Shown: in pieces, positions 36,968 to 50,051 of the stretch
Layout of the letters: each line of letters starts with the position of its first letter
How positions within the stretch are numbered: the first letter of the stretch is position 1
From: Octopus vulgaris
Taxonomy: Eukaryota
DNA length: 64,000 nucleotides
Direction of reading: 5' to 3'
Assembly (NCBI GenBank): GCA_951406725.2
Contig: OX597818.1
Span: forward strand, 69,254,001 to 69,318,000
Notes under the pieces: generated by a model
What the model was told of the DNA's origin: nothing
Database searches by the model: none
What the model saw: only the letters and a program-made list of their open reading frames with translations
Position numbers and translations under genes: made by a program

Positions 36968-37285
36968 TATATTTGGCTTTTGCTTTATGTCTGTACAAGT
37001 TGGCTCCAAGTCTCACCCAGAGACCTCAAGAGACAACAGGTTGGAAGTTCTGTGCCATATATTTGGTTTTTTTTTTTTTTTTGGTGTTGTACTAGTGAAT
37101 GTCTAATACATAAAAATAAAAAATAAATAAATAAATTTTTAAAAAATATAAATAAACAAAAAAGTTTGTTTTAAACCTTGGGATTATATAGAGAGTATTT
37201 TGCGTAGGATATGAGCAGTTCCCATGAGCACTATCTTTTGAATTTCTGCCATTTTGGGGTTTCCTGGTATCTGAGTTAGATAGCA
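36968..37285 (-). mobile_element. R4/Dong retrotransposon 3' stub
   Basis: Minus strand reads YLTQIPGNPKMAEIQKIVLMGTAHILRKILSI*, followed by a 3' UTR hairpin. Flanked by (TAA)n on both sides. Confidence 0.85.
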
Positions 37286-37286
37286 A

Positions 37287-37377
<91 letters not shown>

Positions 37378-37379
37378 CA

Positions 37380-37482
37380 TTGCCTTTGCACAGCTTCTAA
37401 CGTTGGAGATGTACTACGATGTCAGCTGTCCACTACCAGTGAACTAAGGTAACACCTCTTATTTTTCGAGCACCTTCTGGAC
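37380..37482 (-). mobile_element. Very short R4/Dong-like 3' stub with (TAA)n tail (37287-37379)
   Basis: QKVLEK* is followed by a UTR and then directly by (TAA)n. Confidence 0.45.
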
Positions 37483-37485
37483 GTG

Positions 37486-37563
37486 GGCATATGGCATAGG
37501 GGTGTAGTGGTTAAGACTGCAGGCTACTAACCCCAAGATTTTGATTTTGATTCCAAGCAGTGA

Positions 37564-37641
<78 letters not shown>

Positions 37642-37833
37642 CAACAACAACAACAACAACAACATTGAAAAATACCTTAGGAATAAGAAATTTCCCCCAA
37701 GACACCTGAAGAAGGCTGGAAGGTATATCAGTCAAAACGTTGTGTTAACAACAAACAAGATGAGGACAAATATCTGTCAATTGTAAATAATGTAAATAAT
37801 GTACATAATTCTTCATCTCTTAAATATAGAACT
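37486..37833 (+). mobile_element. Full-length hammerhead-bearing tRNA SINE (decayed hammerhead at 37701-37746)
   Basis: Head gggcatatggc...gtagtggttaagactgcaggctactaaccccaag, then (AAT)n(AAC)n, then a tail ending catctcttaaatatagaactg. The GAAA box reads AAAA. Confidence 0.85.
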
Positions 37834-38761
37834 GTGTCCTTTCCTTTTGCTTAACTGTTTGTCCAACAAATTAATATTTTGTAGGCTGTTAATCTCTATT
37901 GTATATGTGTATGTATATACATGCATATAATCCGCAAATTTGTTTGCTTATACTTCTAATAGTATTAGTAATAATTGAATATTTCAAATTATTTTATTAA
38001 GTCTGTAAAATAATCCTTTCTATTATAGGCACAATGCCTGAAATTTTGGGGGAGGGGTAAGCCAATTACATTGACCCCCAGAGTTAAACAGGTACCTATT
38101 TTATCGACCCTAATTGGATGAAGAGCAAGATTGACTTTGGTGGAATTTGACCTTTGAACATAAAGATGGATGAAATACTGCTAAAAATTCTAACCAATTT
38201 GCTAGCCATTCTGCAAGCTTGCTGCCTTACATGAAGTCTGTATAATAATGGATGCATTATAATAGGTTCTTGCAGAATTTAAAAGCTTCCTACATCTTTC
38301 TAACCCCTTTCCTCCCCCATCATCACGATTTTTAACTTGAAACAAAAATGAATTTTCTCGCCCAGCAACTCATGATGCACCACCATTTGTCCTTTATGTA
38401 TAAATATGGTATTTGGATGACTTCCCCACCAGCCACTGAATACTTGAATGCATGGTCATGGGAGCTGTATACATCTATCCATACATATGTTTATGTATGT
38501 ATGTGTATCATCATCATCATCATCATCATCATTTAACGTCCGCTTTCCATGCTATCATGGGTTGGACGGTTCAACTGGGGTCTGGGGAGCCCAAAGGCTG
38601 CACCAGGCCAGTCAGATCTGGCAGTGTTTCTACAGCTGGATGCCCTTCCTAACGCCAACCACTCCGAGAGTGTAGTGGGTGATTTTATGTGCCACCGACA
38701 CAGATGCCAGACAAGGCTGGCGAACGGCCACGCTCGGATGGTGTTTTTTATGTGCCACCGA

Positions 38762-38920
38762 TATATTATAAAAATAGTAGGGATGGATGGGAGCTTTGCT
38801 CCATGGAGATATATGAAATTTTGAAACATAGGGATAATGTAAACTTATTAAATAACCGGTTTGAACTAGGAGTATCGTGAAAAAATAACATTCTGTTATT
38901 CCTGAATTTTAGATCTTAAT
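38762..38920 (+). pseudogene. Penelope-like element ORF C-terminal fragment
   Basis: YYKNSRDGWELCSMEIYEILKHRDNVNLLNNRFEL resembles the C.LC..EK..I...LLN.R.EL end of PLE GIY-YIG ORFs. Confidence 0.5.
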
Positions 38921-38939
38921 GTTTTTTAAAAATCAATAA

Positions 38940-40700
38940 GGAAATAGCATACCCTGCTATATTTTATTATTTAATCACCACTAGGTATTAAGAAATTTAA
39001 TAACAGGCATATTGAGTAAAGTTGAATAAAATAATTTTTTTTTAATTTCTGAAATTATTTCATAAATTCTATATATCTAATGAAGTTATCAAGTTGTATA
39101 CTTAATCCACAATAACTTTTAAAGATTCGGTAATTTTCACATTTATTTCTACAAGAATTCTACCGCACCTGATCTTTTTCGATATCATAAATATTACCTC
39201 TAATAAGCCTAAATTATTATACCTCATACAACCATACTTTACTCTTAATATAAAATTAGGGGTTTTTCAAAAAAATTAATTCTCTTCCCCTATATTTCAC
39301 TTGTAAAATTACATTTTGGTTACCTCCCTTCTATTGTATTTTAAGGTTTTTGGTAAGTCAATTAGTGCCTTATTTACTGAGAATCTCCTCATAAAAAGAT
39401 CTTCTAAATCCCCTCAATTAATATTCAAAACCTGATAAAGTATAGATAATAATATCTAAGTTACTTGGTTTCTATTTCTCTAAAACAACTCTACCCTCAT
39501 GATCTTTGTATGTATTAGAAAGCTTTATAAAAATAAATTTTAAATAAATAAGTAAAGAACATTTTATAAGTACCAATTAATAATTATAAATTATCATTTA
39601 AAGATTAATAATAGCATTTTCTTAAATCTATAATAGAACCCAAAATTTTATAAAAGTTTTCTTAATAATATAATTTTTGTCCAATAACTTGATCATCGCT
39701 TTACCCAGTATTAAAGACCAGTCATTTATAGATATTCTCATGATAAGTAAATATAAATTTTAGTCTAAAAATTATAGAGTTATAAAAAATTTCTTCCAAC
39801 AACTTACCTTACCTATTAATATAAGTAAGCTAAGTATATCTTATAATAAGTTTTTAGAACACAAATCTGTTCTACCCCTTGTCTATAACATTCTACAAAG
39901 ATTTATATTTACATTTTTTTATTATATTCATTTTCTTTTCTTGACTTTATTTTTAAACCAATTTTCTTATTTACTCACTAAATCATTTTATTTATGACAT
40001 ATTTCTATACATTTCATGCTCAACCTACATAAAACTATACTGGTATATTTCAATATTTATTTTATAATACAAGAAATGTTGACACCTGTGCCGGTGGCAT
40101 GTAAAAAGCACCCACTACACTCACGGAGTGGTTGGCATTAGGAAGGGCATCTAGCTGTAGAAACACTGCCAGATCAGACTGGGCCTGGTGCAGCCTCCTG
40201 GTTTCCCAGACCCCAGTTGAACCGTCCAACCCATGCTAGCATAAACGATGATGATGATGATGATGATGATGAAGAAATATTTTCTAAAATTTTTAGCACA
40301 TTCCTTTAATTTAACTTATTAATACCAAAAATTACTATTTGATAATTAACTATAAATATATGTTAAGTTAGTATAGAAATATATAAATATGGAATTATTT
40401 CTATATTCTCCATCCCTCTATTGTGTAAAATACTGAAAATATTCTGACTTCATTCTTTTTCTTTTTTGTGTGTGAAAACAATTCTCTAAAATGTACCTAT
40501 GTATTTCAAATTATCATTGGGGTTATGGCTGTCAAATAGTTAAGTATTATAAGTTTTATTCTCCCTACCTGCTTATATTCTAAAACATATTCTTACTGAA
40601 CCAAATGGTTTTACTTCAAAGAAATCTTGACTTATGACTCTGCCACTTAAATTGACTTTTTACTCTATCCATAAAAGTTAGATTCTAGTTTCCATTAGAC
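38940..40700 (-). pseudogene. Ancient AT-rich LINE RT relic
   Basis: Minus strand reads LSLLILIGKV, VFNTG*SDDQV (GF..GRST.DQI-like) and FYKAF*YIQR (KAFD.V.R-like), in order. Confidence 0.45.
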
Positions 40701-40924
40701 TTGATAAACTAGTCAATAAAATAACCCCCCCCCCAGTAATAAATCTAAATAACAAAGTAAAACCAATGCTAAGCAGTATCTTCCTGTGAAAAATATCAGT
40801 TACAACTATGATGTTGTTGATGAAACATGCTCTTTGTCTATCTACTTATCCTCTTTGTGATTTTGGATAATAAGAAAACTATACAAATGAATCATTTGAA
40901 TTTAACTAAATTCTATATTCTTAT

Positions 40925-41011
40925 GCAGCTGAAGATTGCTCTACATTTGAAAAATTGATGTAATATTTGCATTGTTCAATTAAATGGAGTTGCATGAAAC
41001 GATCGTACTGC
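40925..41011 (+). ncRNA. Type I hammerhead ribozyme motif with long stem II
   Basis: gcag CTGAAGA ttgc..(about 52 nt, partly self-complementary)..gcat GAAA cgatcg TA ctgc. Stem I is gcag/ctgc, stem III is the palindrome ACGATCGT, and the cleavage triplet is GUA. Confidence 0.7.
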
Positions 41012-41145
41012 TTTACCTCTGGATATCCTTGTTGCTTATTTTGATTATTATCACCCCATTTTAAATTATATGGATAATACCATACTAAATTCTGGTGCCT
41101 TTAACTTAAGTACCATATTCAACTAAATCTAAATTTTATTGAACT

Positions 41146-41176
<31 letters not shown>

Positions 41177-41199
41177 CGATTTCCATATTTTGTCAAATG

Positions 41200-42045
41200 T
41201 CCCAGTGGCTCATTAGAGGTAGTGGACAATTTCTGCTACTTAGGAGACCTAAATGGCTGTGAGGAGGATGCACAGAAAGTGCATTCACTAGAAAAAGAAA
41301 TAGGATGGAGAAAATTGAGAGATTTTACCTCTGTTGGCAACCAAAGGTCTTTCTTTCTTTCACTCTTTCACTCTCTCTCTCTCTCTCTGGGAGAAAGGAC
41401 GGCTGAATGATGCATGTATACAAACAACATTACATGGTAGTGAGAGGTGGGCCCTGTATGCAGATGACATATGAAGGCTAGAGAGGAATAAAGCTAGTAT
41501 ACCTCACTGGATGTGCAATATCAGTGTATATGTGCAACAGAGCACTAGTGTATTGGGGGGTAAAGTTGGATAGAAGAGGAATTAGATGCAATGTGCAAGA
41601 GAGAAGATTGTACTGTTTTGGTCATGTGATGCATATGGATGTAGACAGTTGCATACAGAAGTGCCAATCACTTAAAGTGGATGGAACTTGTGGAAGATGA
41701 AGGCCCAGGAAGACATAGGACAAAGTACTGAAGTCTGATCTCAAAATATGGAGACTTGCAATTGTAGAGGAGTAAGGGCAAAGGTACTTGGTGCACTGCT
41801 GAAGTCAAGAAGACCCGTCACAGCAGAATTGATACTGGTGCTGGTGCCACATAAAAAGCACCCAGTACACTTTGTGGAGTGGTTGGCATTGGGAAGGGCA
41901 TACAGCCATAGAAACCCTGCCAGAGAACAGACAGTGAAGCCTGATCTGGCCCCTGGCCTGACTAGCTTTGGTCAAACTGTCCAACCATTTCCAGCATTGA
42001 AAATAGATGCTAAATGAAGGTCATGATAATGATGAAGATGATGAA
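41200..42045 (+). mobile_element. 5'-truncated decayed RTE LINE
   Basis: LEVVDNFCYLGD, GWRKLR, LHGSERW, RRLYCFGHVMHM and GR*RPRKT, followed by the 3' UTR and (GAT)n tail. Confidence 0.88.
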
Positions 42046-42424
42046 ATATGATGATTTCTTCATCTTGATGGATGATAGCTGTCCCATCAACACAAACATC
42101 GCCCCCCATCACACAACCATTCTGTTGATGAGCCCTTAGATGACTTTTAAGAATTGGTCTAAAACTGACATGTCATTAAGGGGAAAAAAGGGTTTGCTTT
42201 TCTGGAGACAACTTGACAGATGTCCACTCATGTTTCTACCTCTATAGGAGTCATCAGCACAGTAGTTGTCCAAGCTTATATACACACACATATATATATG
42301 CACACTCACACACATCACACATATAGATAGATAGATACATTTATACATATATATATACATAAGTATATAACATACATACATACATACATGCATACATACA
42401 TACATACATACATACATACATACA

Positions 42425-42458
<34 letters not shown>

Positions 42459-42578
42459 CCTACATATATACATATGCTTCAGAGCAAAATATCTGTCACA
42501 TGCAGAGCAGTAATAAGAAATTGAAATGACAAACTCAGTTCTAACACCAGGTTATTAGTATCATTAAGCCTATGGGAA

Positions 42579-42610
<32 letters not shown>

Positions 42611-42619
42611 AATAATAAT

Positions 42620-43120
42620 ACTTGCACTAGAGCGTAGGCCATCATTATAATATCCCAGAGCCTAAGAACAGGTATGAACACCATTCAGAGTCGGTCACAG
42701 AGGGAGAGAATGTTACAATTCTATGGGATTATGAGATACATACAGATAGGCAAATAAATGATAACAGATCAGACATTGTCATAAAAGATCTAAGACAAAA
42801 ACATGCTGGTTAATTGATACGACATCTCAGCGAAAGAATTTGAAAAACTGTTGGAATGTAAGGACCTTGAGATTGAGATATCTAAGATGTGGCAATTAAA
42901 AACCAAAACTATCCCTGTTGTTGTGGGCAACCTGGGAATAATCAAGAATGGCACTGATAAATATTTGACCAGATTCCTAGGAAACCAACTAAGAATTGTG
43001 TTGATATCAACCAGCCACATTCTCAGGAAGCTTCTCTCTATCTAATATATATGTGCCTTAGGTCTGTGGGTGAGACCCAAGTGGAAGATGAAATAAAATG
43101 CAAATCAATCGGAAAATAAT
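42620..43120 (+). mobile_element. Decayed R4/Dong 3' fragment (RLE domain)
   Basis: VTILWDYEIHTDRQINDNRSDIVIKD and KDLEIEISKMWQLKTKTIPVVVGNLG..HILRKLLSI*. Preceded by (GAT)n(AAT)n. Confidence 0.88.
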
Positions 43121-43314
43121 AACAATAATGATAATCCTTTCTATTAAAGGCACAGGGCCTAAAATTTGGGTGGGAGGGGACTAGTATTTTATCAACTCCA
43201 AAAGGATGTAAAGCAAAGTCCACCTCGGCAGGATTTGAACTCAGAACATAAAAACGGACGAACTGCCTCTAGGCATTTCACCTGGCTTGCTAATGATTCT
43301 GCCAGCTTGCTACT

Positions 43315-43315
<1 letters not shown>

Positions 43316-43387
<72 letters not shown>

Positions 43388-43413
43388 TAATAATGATAAT
43401 AATAATGATGATG

Positions 43414-43477
<64 letters not shown>

Positions 43478-43503
43478 TAATAATGATAATAATAATGATG
43501 ATG

Positions 43504-43570
<67 letters not shown>

Positions 43571-43587
43571 TAATAATAATGATGATG

Positions 43588-43618
<31 letters not shown>

Positions 43619-43656
43619 TAATAATAATAATAATAATGATAATAATAATGATGATG

Positions 43657-43732
<76 letters not shown>

Positions 43733-43758
43733 TAATAATGATAATAATAATGATGATG

Positions 43759-43813
<55 letters not shown>

Positions 43814-43830
43814 TAATAATAATGATGATG

Positions 43831-43861
<31 letters not shown>

Positions 43862-43899
43862 TAATAATAATAATAATAATGATAATAATAATGATGATG

Positions 43900-43960
<61 letters not shown>

Positions 43961-43977
43961 TAATAATAATGATGATG

Positions 43978-44008
<31 letters not shown>

Positions 44009-44046
44009 TAATAATAATAATAATAATGATAATAATAATGATGATG

Positions 44047-44131
<85 letters not shown>

Positions 44132-44157
44132 TAATAATGATAATAATAATGATGATG

Positions 44158-44242
<85 letters not shown>

Positions 44243-44268
44243 TAATAATGATAATAATAATGATGATG

Positions 44269-44347
<79 letters not shown>

Positions 44348-44373
44348 TAATAATGATAATAATAATGATGATG

Positions 44374-44422
<49 letters not shown>

Positions 44423-44443
44423 TAATAATAATAATAATAATAA
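43316..44443. repeat. 1.1-kb (AAT)n array with higher-order GAT pattern (12 units)
   Basis: The motif gat aat aat aat gat gat gat (aat)n recurs 12 times (DNNNDDD in the ORF track). Confidence 0.95.
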
Positions 44444-46768
44444 CAACTTTGGACCCCCATAACAACTGAAGAGGTCACCCAGGCACTGCAAAGACTAAGC
44501 AACTGGAAGGCACCTGGGCATGACAAGATCCCCAACTTCTGGTTGAAATATCTAACAGGAATGCACAAAAAGCTGGCTGAAAACTTTAACAACGTTCTAG
44601 CAGAGCCAGAGACAATGCCTGAATGGCTCACGAAGGGGAAAACCATCTTAATTCCCAAATCAAATGAAACAGAAAAACCAGAAAACTACAGACCAATAAC
44701 CTGCCTCCCTACTATGTTCAAGGCATTTACTGCAGTGATATCACAAAGGCTGAACAAGCACCTGGACGAAAACAAACTGTTCCCAGAAGAGCAGAAAGGA
44801 TGCCGCAAAGGCTCATATGGCTGTAAAGATCAACTAATGATTAATAAAGCCATAACTGAAGACAGCCACAGAAAGAAGAAAGGCCTCAGTATGGCCTGGA
44901 TTGACTACAAAAAGGCGTTTGATAGCATCCCCCACACATGGATCCTCGAAACACTAGCCATTAACAAAGTAGCACCAACAATCATAAAATTCATAGAGCA
45001 CTCTATGAATAAATGGCAAACAGTCCTACACCTCCAAACAAAAGAGGGACTCATGAAAACCAAAGACATCCCCATTAGAAGAGGAATATTCCAGGGAGAC
45101 ACGCTCTCTCCACTCCTTTTCTGCTTGGCACTGTCACCTCTATCTGATATGCTAAATAGAACTGGATGCGGATATAAATGTTACGGCAAAACGATCAGCC
45201 ACCTTTTATATATGGATGACCTAAAACTATACGCTGCAAATGACAAACAGCTGGAAACACTATTAAAGACAGTTCATGGATTTACCAAAGAAATAGATAT
45301 GAAATTTGGATTAGAAAAATGCGCCAAAGTAACCATGAAAAGAGGAAAACTAGTTAAGAGTAACAACATCACACTAGATAAAACCAATGAAATAAAAGAA
45401 TTAGACCAAAGCCAAACTTACAAATACTTAGGAATCCATGAACTAGATAAGACACAACACACACAAATGAAAGAGAAAATAAAAAAAGAATATTATAGAC
45501 GAGTTAGATCAATACTAAACACAGAGCTCAATGCTAAAAACAAGATAATAGGTATCAACACTTTAGCTGTCCCAGTTATAAGTTACAGCTACAATATCCT
45601 TAACTGGACACGAAATGAACTGACCAAAATAGATAGGAAAACAAGAAAAATAATGACAGGATCTAGGATGCATCACCCAAAATCTGACATAGAAAGACTA
45701 TATATACAACGTATGGAAGGTGGTAGAGGCCTTATACAGCTGGAAAACTACTATAAAATAACCACCATAGGACTGCAAAAATATCTACTTCAGAAGGAAG
45801 GAAAACTGATCCAGATAGCGGCAAAACACGAGCAAAACAAAAAACTGTTCTCAGTATTTAAGGAAGCTGACAAATACAAACAAGAAATCATACCACCTAA
45901 TAAACATGAAGAAGAAGAAGAAGATGAAGAAACAACAAAAGCTATAAAACAAATGAAATCCAAACTAAAAACAGAACAGCAACGAACCATGATAAAACGA
46001 TGGCAAGAAAAGCCCCTTCATGGTAAATACTGCACTAAACTAAACGCAAAAGAAATAGACAAAGAAAAATCCCAGCAATGGTTGAGAAGCTCAGGACTCA
46101 AAGCAGAAACAGAGGGATTTTTAATTGCAGCACAAGACCAAAGCCTCCCCACCAGAAATTACCAAAAACATGTAATGAAAAGAAATATTACAAGTAACTG
46201 CAGAATATGTGGAGATGGACAAGAAACAATAAATCATATTATCTCTAGCTGCCCAGTCCTGGCTAAGAAGGAATATATTCACAGACATGACAGAGTTGGA
46301 ACCTACATACATTGGAAGCTATGCCAACATTATGGAATAACAACAGAAAAAAAGATGGTATAGGCACACACCAGAAAAGGTCACAGAAAACGAGAAAGCA
46401 ACCATACTCTGGGATATGCCGATACACACAGATAGAGAAATTAAGGCCAACAGACCAGATATAGTTGTCAGAGATCATGAAGAAAAAAATGCTTTTTAAT
46501 TGATGTATCAATACCGGCAGATGACAACGTGTCTCTAAAAGAAATGGAGAAACTCTCAAAATACAAAGACCTGGAAATAGAGGTAACTAGAATGTGGAAT
46601 CTGAAAACAGAAACAATTCCTATCATAGTAGGTGCATTAGGCATGATAAAAAAATATTCAGACAAATACATAACAAAAACACCAGGACTTACAAACACAT
46701 ATAACATACAGAAAATTGCACTACTAGGCACTGCCCACATCCTACGCAGAACACTTTCCATACAATAA
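44444..46768 (+). CDS. R4/Dong ORF (RT, zinc knuckle, PD-D/ExK endonuclease), 5'-truncated, with two compensating 1-bp indels
   Basis: WKAPGHD, NYRPITCL, WIDYKKAFDSIPH, GIFQGDTLSPLLF, YMDD, YKYLG, CRICG..H..C, RHD, RPDIV..LIDV..EK..KY. The frame is open from about 44444 to 46363 and resumes in the same frame to 46768. Confidence 0.93.
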
Positions 46769-46871
46769 CCATCAGAGCATCACAACAAATCACAGCACAT
46801 ACCCAAGGCACACAGAGCTGCGCTCGGTAGTGAAGTGAAAGCACGCTATAAAAATAAAAATAAAACTACTG
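44444..46871 (+). mobile_element. Young 5'-truncated R4/Dong-clade non-LTR retrotransposon inserted in (TAA)n
   Basis: RT, CCHC and restriction-like endonuclease coding sequence, a 3' UTR of about 100 bp, and (TAA)n on both flanks, as is typical for Dong. Confidence 0.95.
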
Positions 46872-47172
46872 AATAATAATAATAATAATAATAATGATAA
46901 TAATAATGATAATAATAATGATGATGATAATAATAATAATAATAATATGTCTATGACAATTTTTTGCGCAATTTTTGTCCACCAGATTTCACTCACAACA
47001 TTGTATTAGTCTCAAGGGTAGAAATTTAATGCTATGCCAGAAGACCTGAAAAAGTTTGCATTAAGTTCAATGATCAGTCAAAAATTCCTCTGACTGGAAT
47101 GGATAAGTGTGCAAGGAATATAAAAACACAGAGTGAGCACCTGCTTTATTCTTTTATTCTTTCATTCTTTTA

Positions 47173-47388
47173 AGGTGGCGAGCTGGCAGAAATGTTAGCA
47201 CACCGGATGAAATGCTTAGTGGTATTTCATCGGGCTTTATGTTCTGAGTTCAAATTCCACTGAGGTCGACTTTGCCTTTCATCTTTTCGGGGTTGATAAA
47301 TTTAGTACTAGTTGTGTACTGGGGTTGATCTAATTGACTGCCCCACCTCCCCCAAAATTTCATCCCTTGTGCCTAGTGTAGAAAAGAT
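47173..47388 (+). mobile_element. Nin/Deu-domain tRNA SINE
   Basis: ggtggcgagctggcagaaatgttagc...gagttcaaattcc..gaggtcgactttgcctttcatc. Confidence 0.85.
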
Positions 47389-49677
47389 TCTTTTATTTGT
47401 TTCAGTCATTTGACTCCCAGGAGTTAATCTTTGTAAGCCTAGTACTTATTCTATCGGTCTCTTTTGCTGAACCGCTAAGTTACAGGGGCATAAACACACC
47501 AACATCCATTGTCAAGTGAAGGTGGGGGACAAACACAGGCACAAAAGCATATCCACACACACACACACATATATGTGACAGGCTTCTTCCAGTTTCCGTC
47601 TTCCAAATTCACTCACAAGGCTTTGGTCAGCCTGAGGCTATAGTGGGACTGAACCTGGAACTATGTGGTTGGTAAGCAAGCTACTTACCACACAGCCATG
47701 CCTGCAGCTAGTCACACTAAGTTAAAATATCTTTTGCTACAATTCCTTATTTTGTATTTTTTGTTTGTTTTGTTTTTTTCTTTAGTAAAAGACTCTTGAT
47801 GAATTCTGCTTCAAAGAAAGAAAACTCATATTTGACTCAAAATTACTTAGACATCATCATGTTATGATCTTTAAAGAGTCTTTTCACTGTAAGTTTGGCA
47901 GTTCTCATTCACGCAATCATAGTGCCATTTTTATTTATTTTTTTACAGCTAAAACATTTAGATATTTGCACAATCTCCTTGCAGAACTCTACATTACATA
48001 ACTATTAAAATGATCCTCCATATAGCTATGGTCACATTCATCAAATTCAATTATCTTCACACATTCTTATTCAATGCTAGTAACTGTATTTATCACACAG
48101 GTTTCCATGGCATATTTTAAAAATATTTATCTTGCCATATTCATTTCTGATATTCTCTAGAATGACTGTCGATCGAAACAGCTGTTCCTTTGTTATCTCA
48201 AACTTTTATCTCAACTCTTTTGTCCTCTTCATGATAAACTTAATCTTTCAGTTAAAATTCTGAGGTTTATTCTTCAGAAGTAAATGCTATGATATTAGGG
48301 AAACGGTAACAGCAGATGGCTGAGGTAGTAGAGGAGTTGTCTAATGACTGACAGGCTATGAGTTCGTTTTATGCCACCAGCACAACATAAAGTATTTTCA
48401 AAATATACTTTGCAAACATCTGTGATAAACACAGTCTCTAGCATGGAACAGAATGAGTGAAAATGAGTGAATTTAATGTCTAGGGTCATAGTTTTATGAG
48501 GGGTCATTTTGATGGTTATGTAATACAGAGTTTTGCGAGGAGATTATCATCATCGTCATCATTTAACATCTGTTGTCCAGGCTGGCATGGGTTGGACAGT
48601 TTGACAGGAGCTGGTAAGCTGAGGGACTGCACCAGACTCCAGATTGATTTGGCATGGTTTCTATGGCCAGATGCCCTTCCTAATGCCAGCCACTCTACAG
48701 AGGATGCTGGGTGCTTTTGTGTGCCACTGGCACAAGCACCAGTTGTGTGACACCAGTACATGCTATGACTACATTTTCACTTGGCTTGATGGGTCTTCTT
48801 CTCAAGCACAGAATATTGCTGATGTTCTCATTCATTTATCCATGCCTCCATGAGGTCCAATGCTCGCAAAGAACTTTTTACATGTCACCAGCATCAGCCA
48901 CATGGCCTTCATAAGGCCCAATGATCAAAAGACGCTTCTTATGTGCCACCAGCATTGGCCACGACAGGTGTCATGTAATTGACAAGTAATTATGTAAACA
49001 ACAAACAATTTTAGCTCCAAAAAATATGAGGCTATGAATGCATGAATGAAAAGTCTTAAATTTCCAATCAAAAGGTTCTTTCTATGACTGAAATACTTAG
49101 TGATAAAAGCACATGACCCGGTGGTTAAGGCGTTGGCTCAGGATCACACGGTCATGGGTTTCTATTCCTGGATCAGCTAAGATGACACAGCTTTAAACAA
49201 GGCATTTCATTTCATGCTATTTTAATCTACTCAGATGTAAAGGAATACCAGCTATTTGCCTCATGCAACTCTCTCTTTTTGTCTGTCTGTCTGGTTCTCT
49301 CTCTCTCTCTCTCTCACACATTCTCTCTCACACACACACTCTTTCTCTCTCTCTCCCTCTCTCTCTTCTCCCAGCTGTCACATCTGTCTTTTTGTCTGTG
49401 TCCTGGATGGAAAGGCTGAGAGGATGTCCATGTCATCTCATGATTATAGACACACTTAAAACACTCGATGATTCGCGTGTATCTGCTTGCAAATGATGGT
49501 CTTGCTTCTTTCTTTGTCATTCTGTGTTTTCTAGATATTCAATACTAAACACATTTATCTATCTGTAAATAACTCCTTCCCTAAACCTGAAGCCATCACC
49601 AATAATTGTTAACCACATCCATCTGACCAGTATGAGAGGATCTGTGAAGGCCATGGGCAGAACCCCTTCCCATAGAT

Positions 49678-50051
49678 CAGTAGTTCTCAACCATTTTCTT
49701 ACCTATGGACCCCTTTGATTATATTTCATTCTGGTAGGCCTCCATAGGCATTCAATGTTTAAAAATTAGTTTTATAGATGCTCCTTTCAAAATTCTTATT
49801 TTTATTTTCACCCATTCCCTTGTGTAGGTTTGCCATAGAACTCTCTGAGAGAACAGGTTTCGTTAGTTGGAAACTTGTTGATGCAAAACTTTAGAAAAAG
49901 AAAAAAAACAAACCTAGCTGCTTCTTGCACTCAATCCATCTCATGCAAAATTTTTCATGGACCCTTAAAATATTACAGCAGATCCTTAATTTACTATTGT
50001 ATTTGTGTGGATCCTCCAAAATCTCGTATGGATCTTGGTTGATAACTGCTG
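49678..50051. mobile_element. hAT-Charlie-type MITE
   Basis: TIRs cagtagttctcaacca and tggttgataactgctg. Confidence 0.7.

Noticed and set aside
38940-40700. AT-rich stretch as an endogenous viral or organellar insert (also 53700-55760)
   Set aside because: Residual RT motifs in LINE order explain it better, and I recognised no viral or mitochondrial gene motifs.
43287-44658. Long ORFs of 370-450 aa (poly-N, I, L, Y)
   Set aside because: Translations of an (AAT)n microsatellite, not genes.
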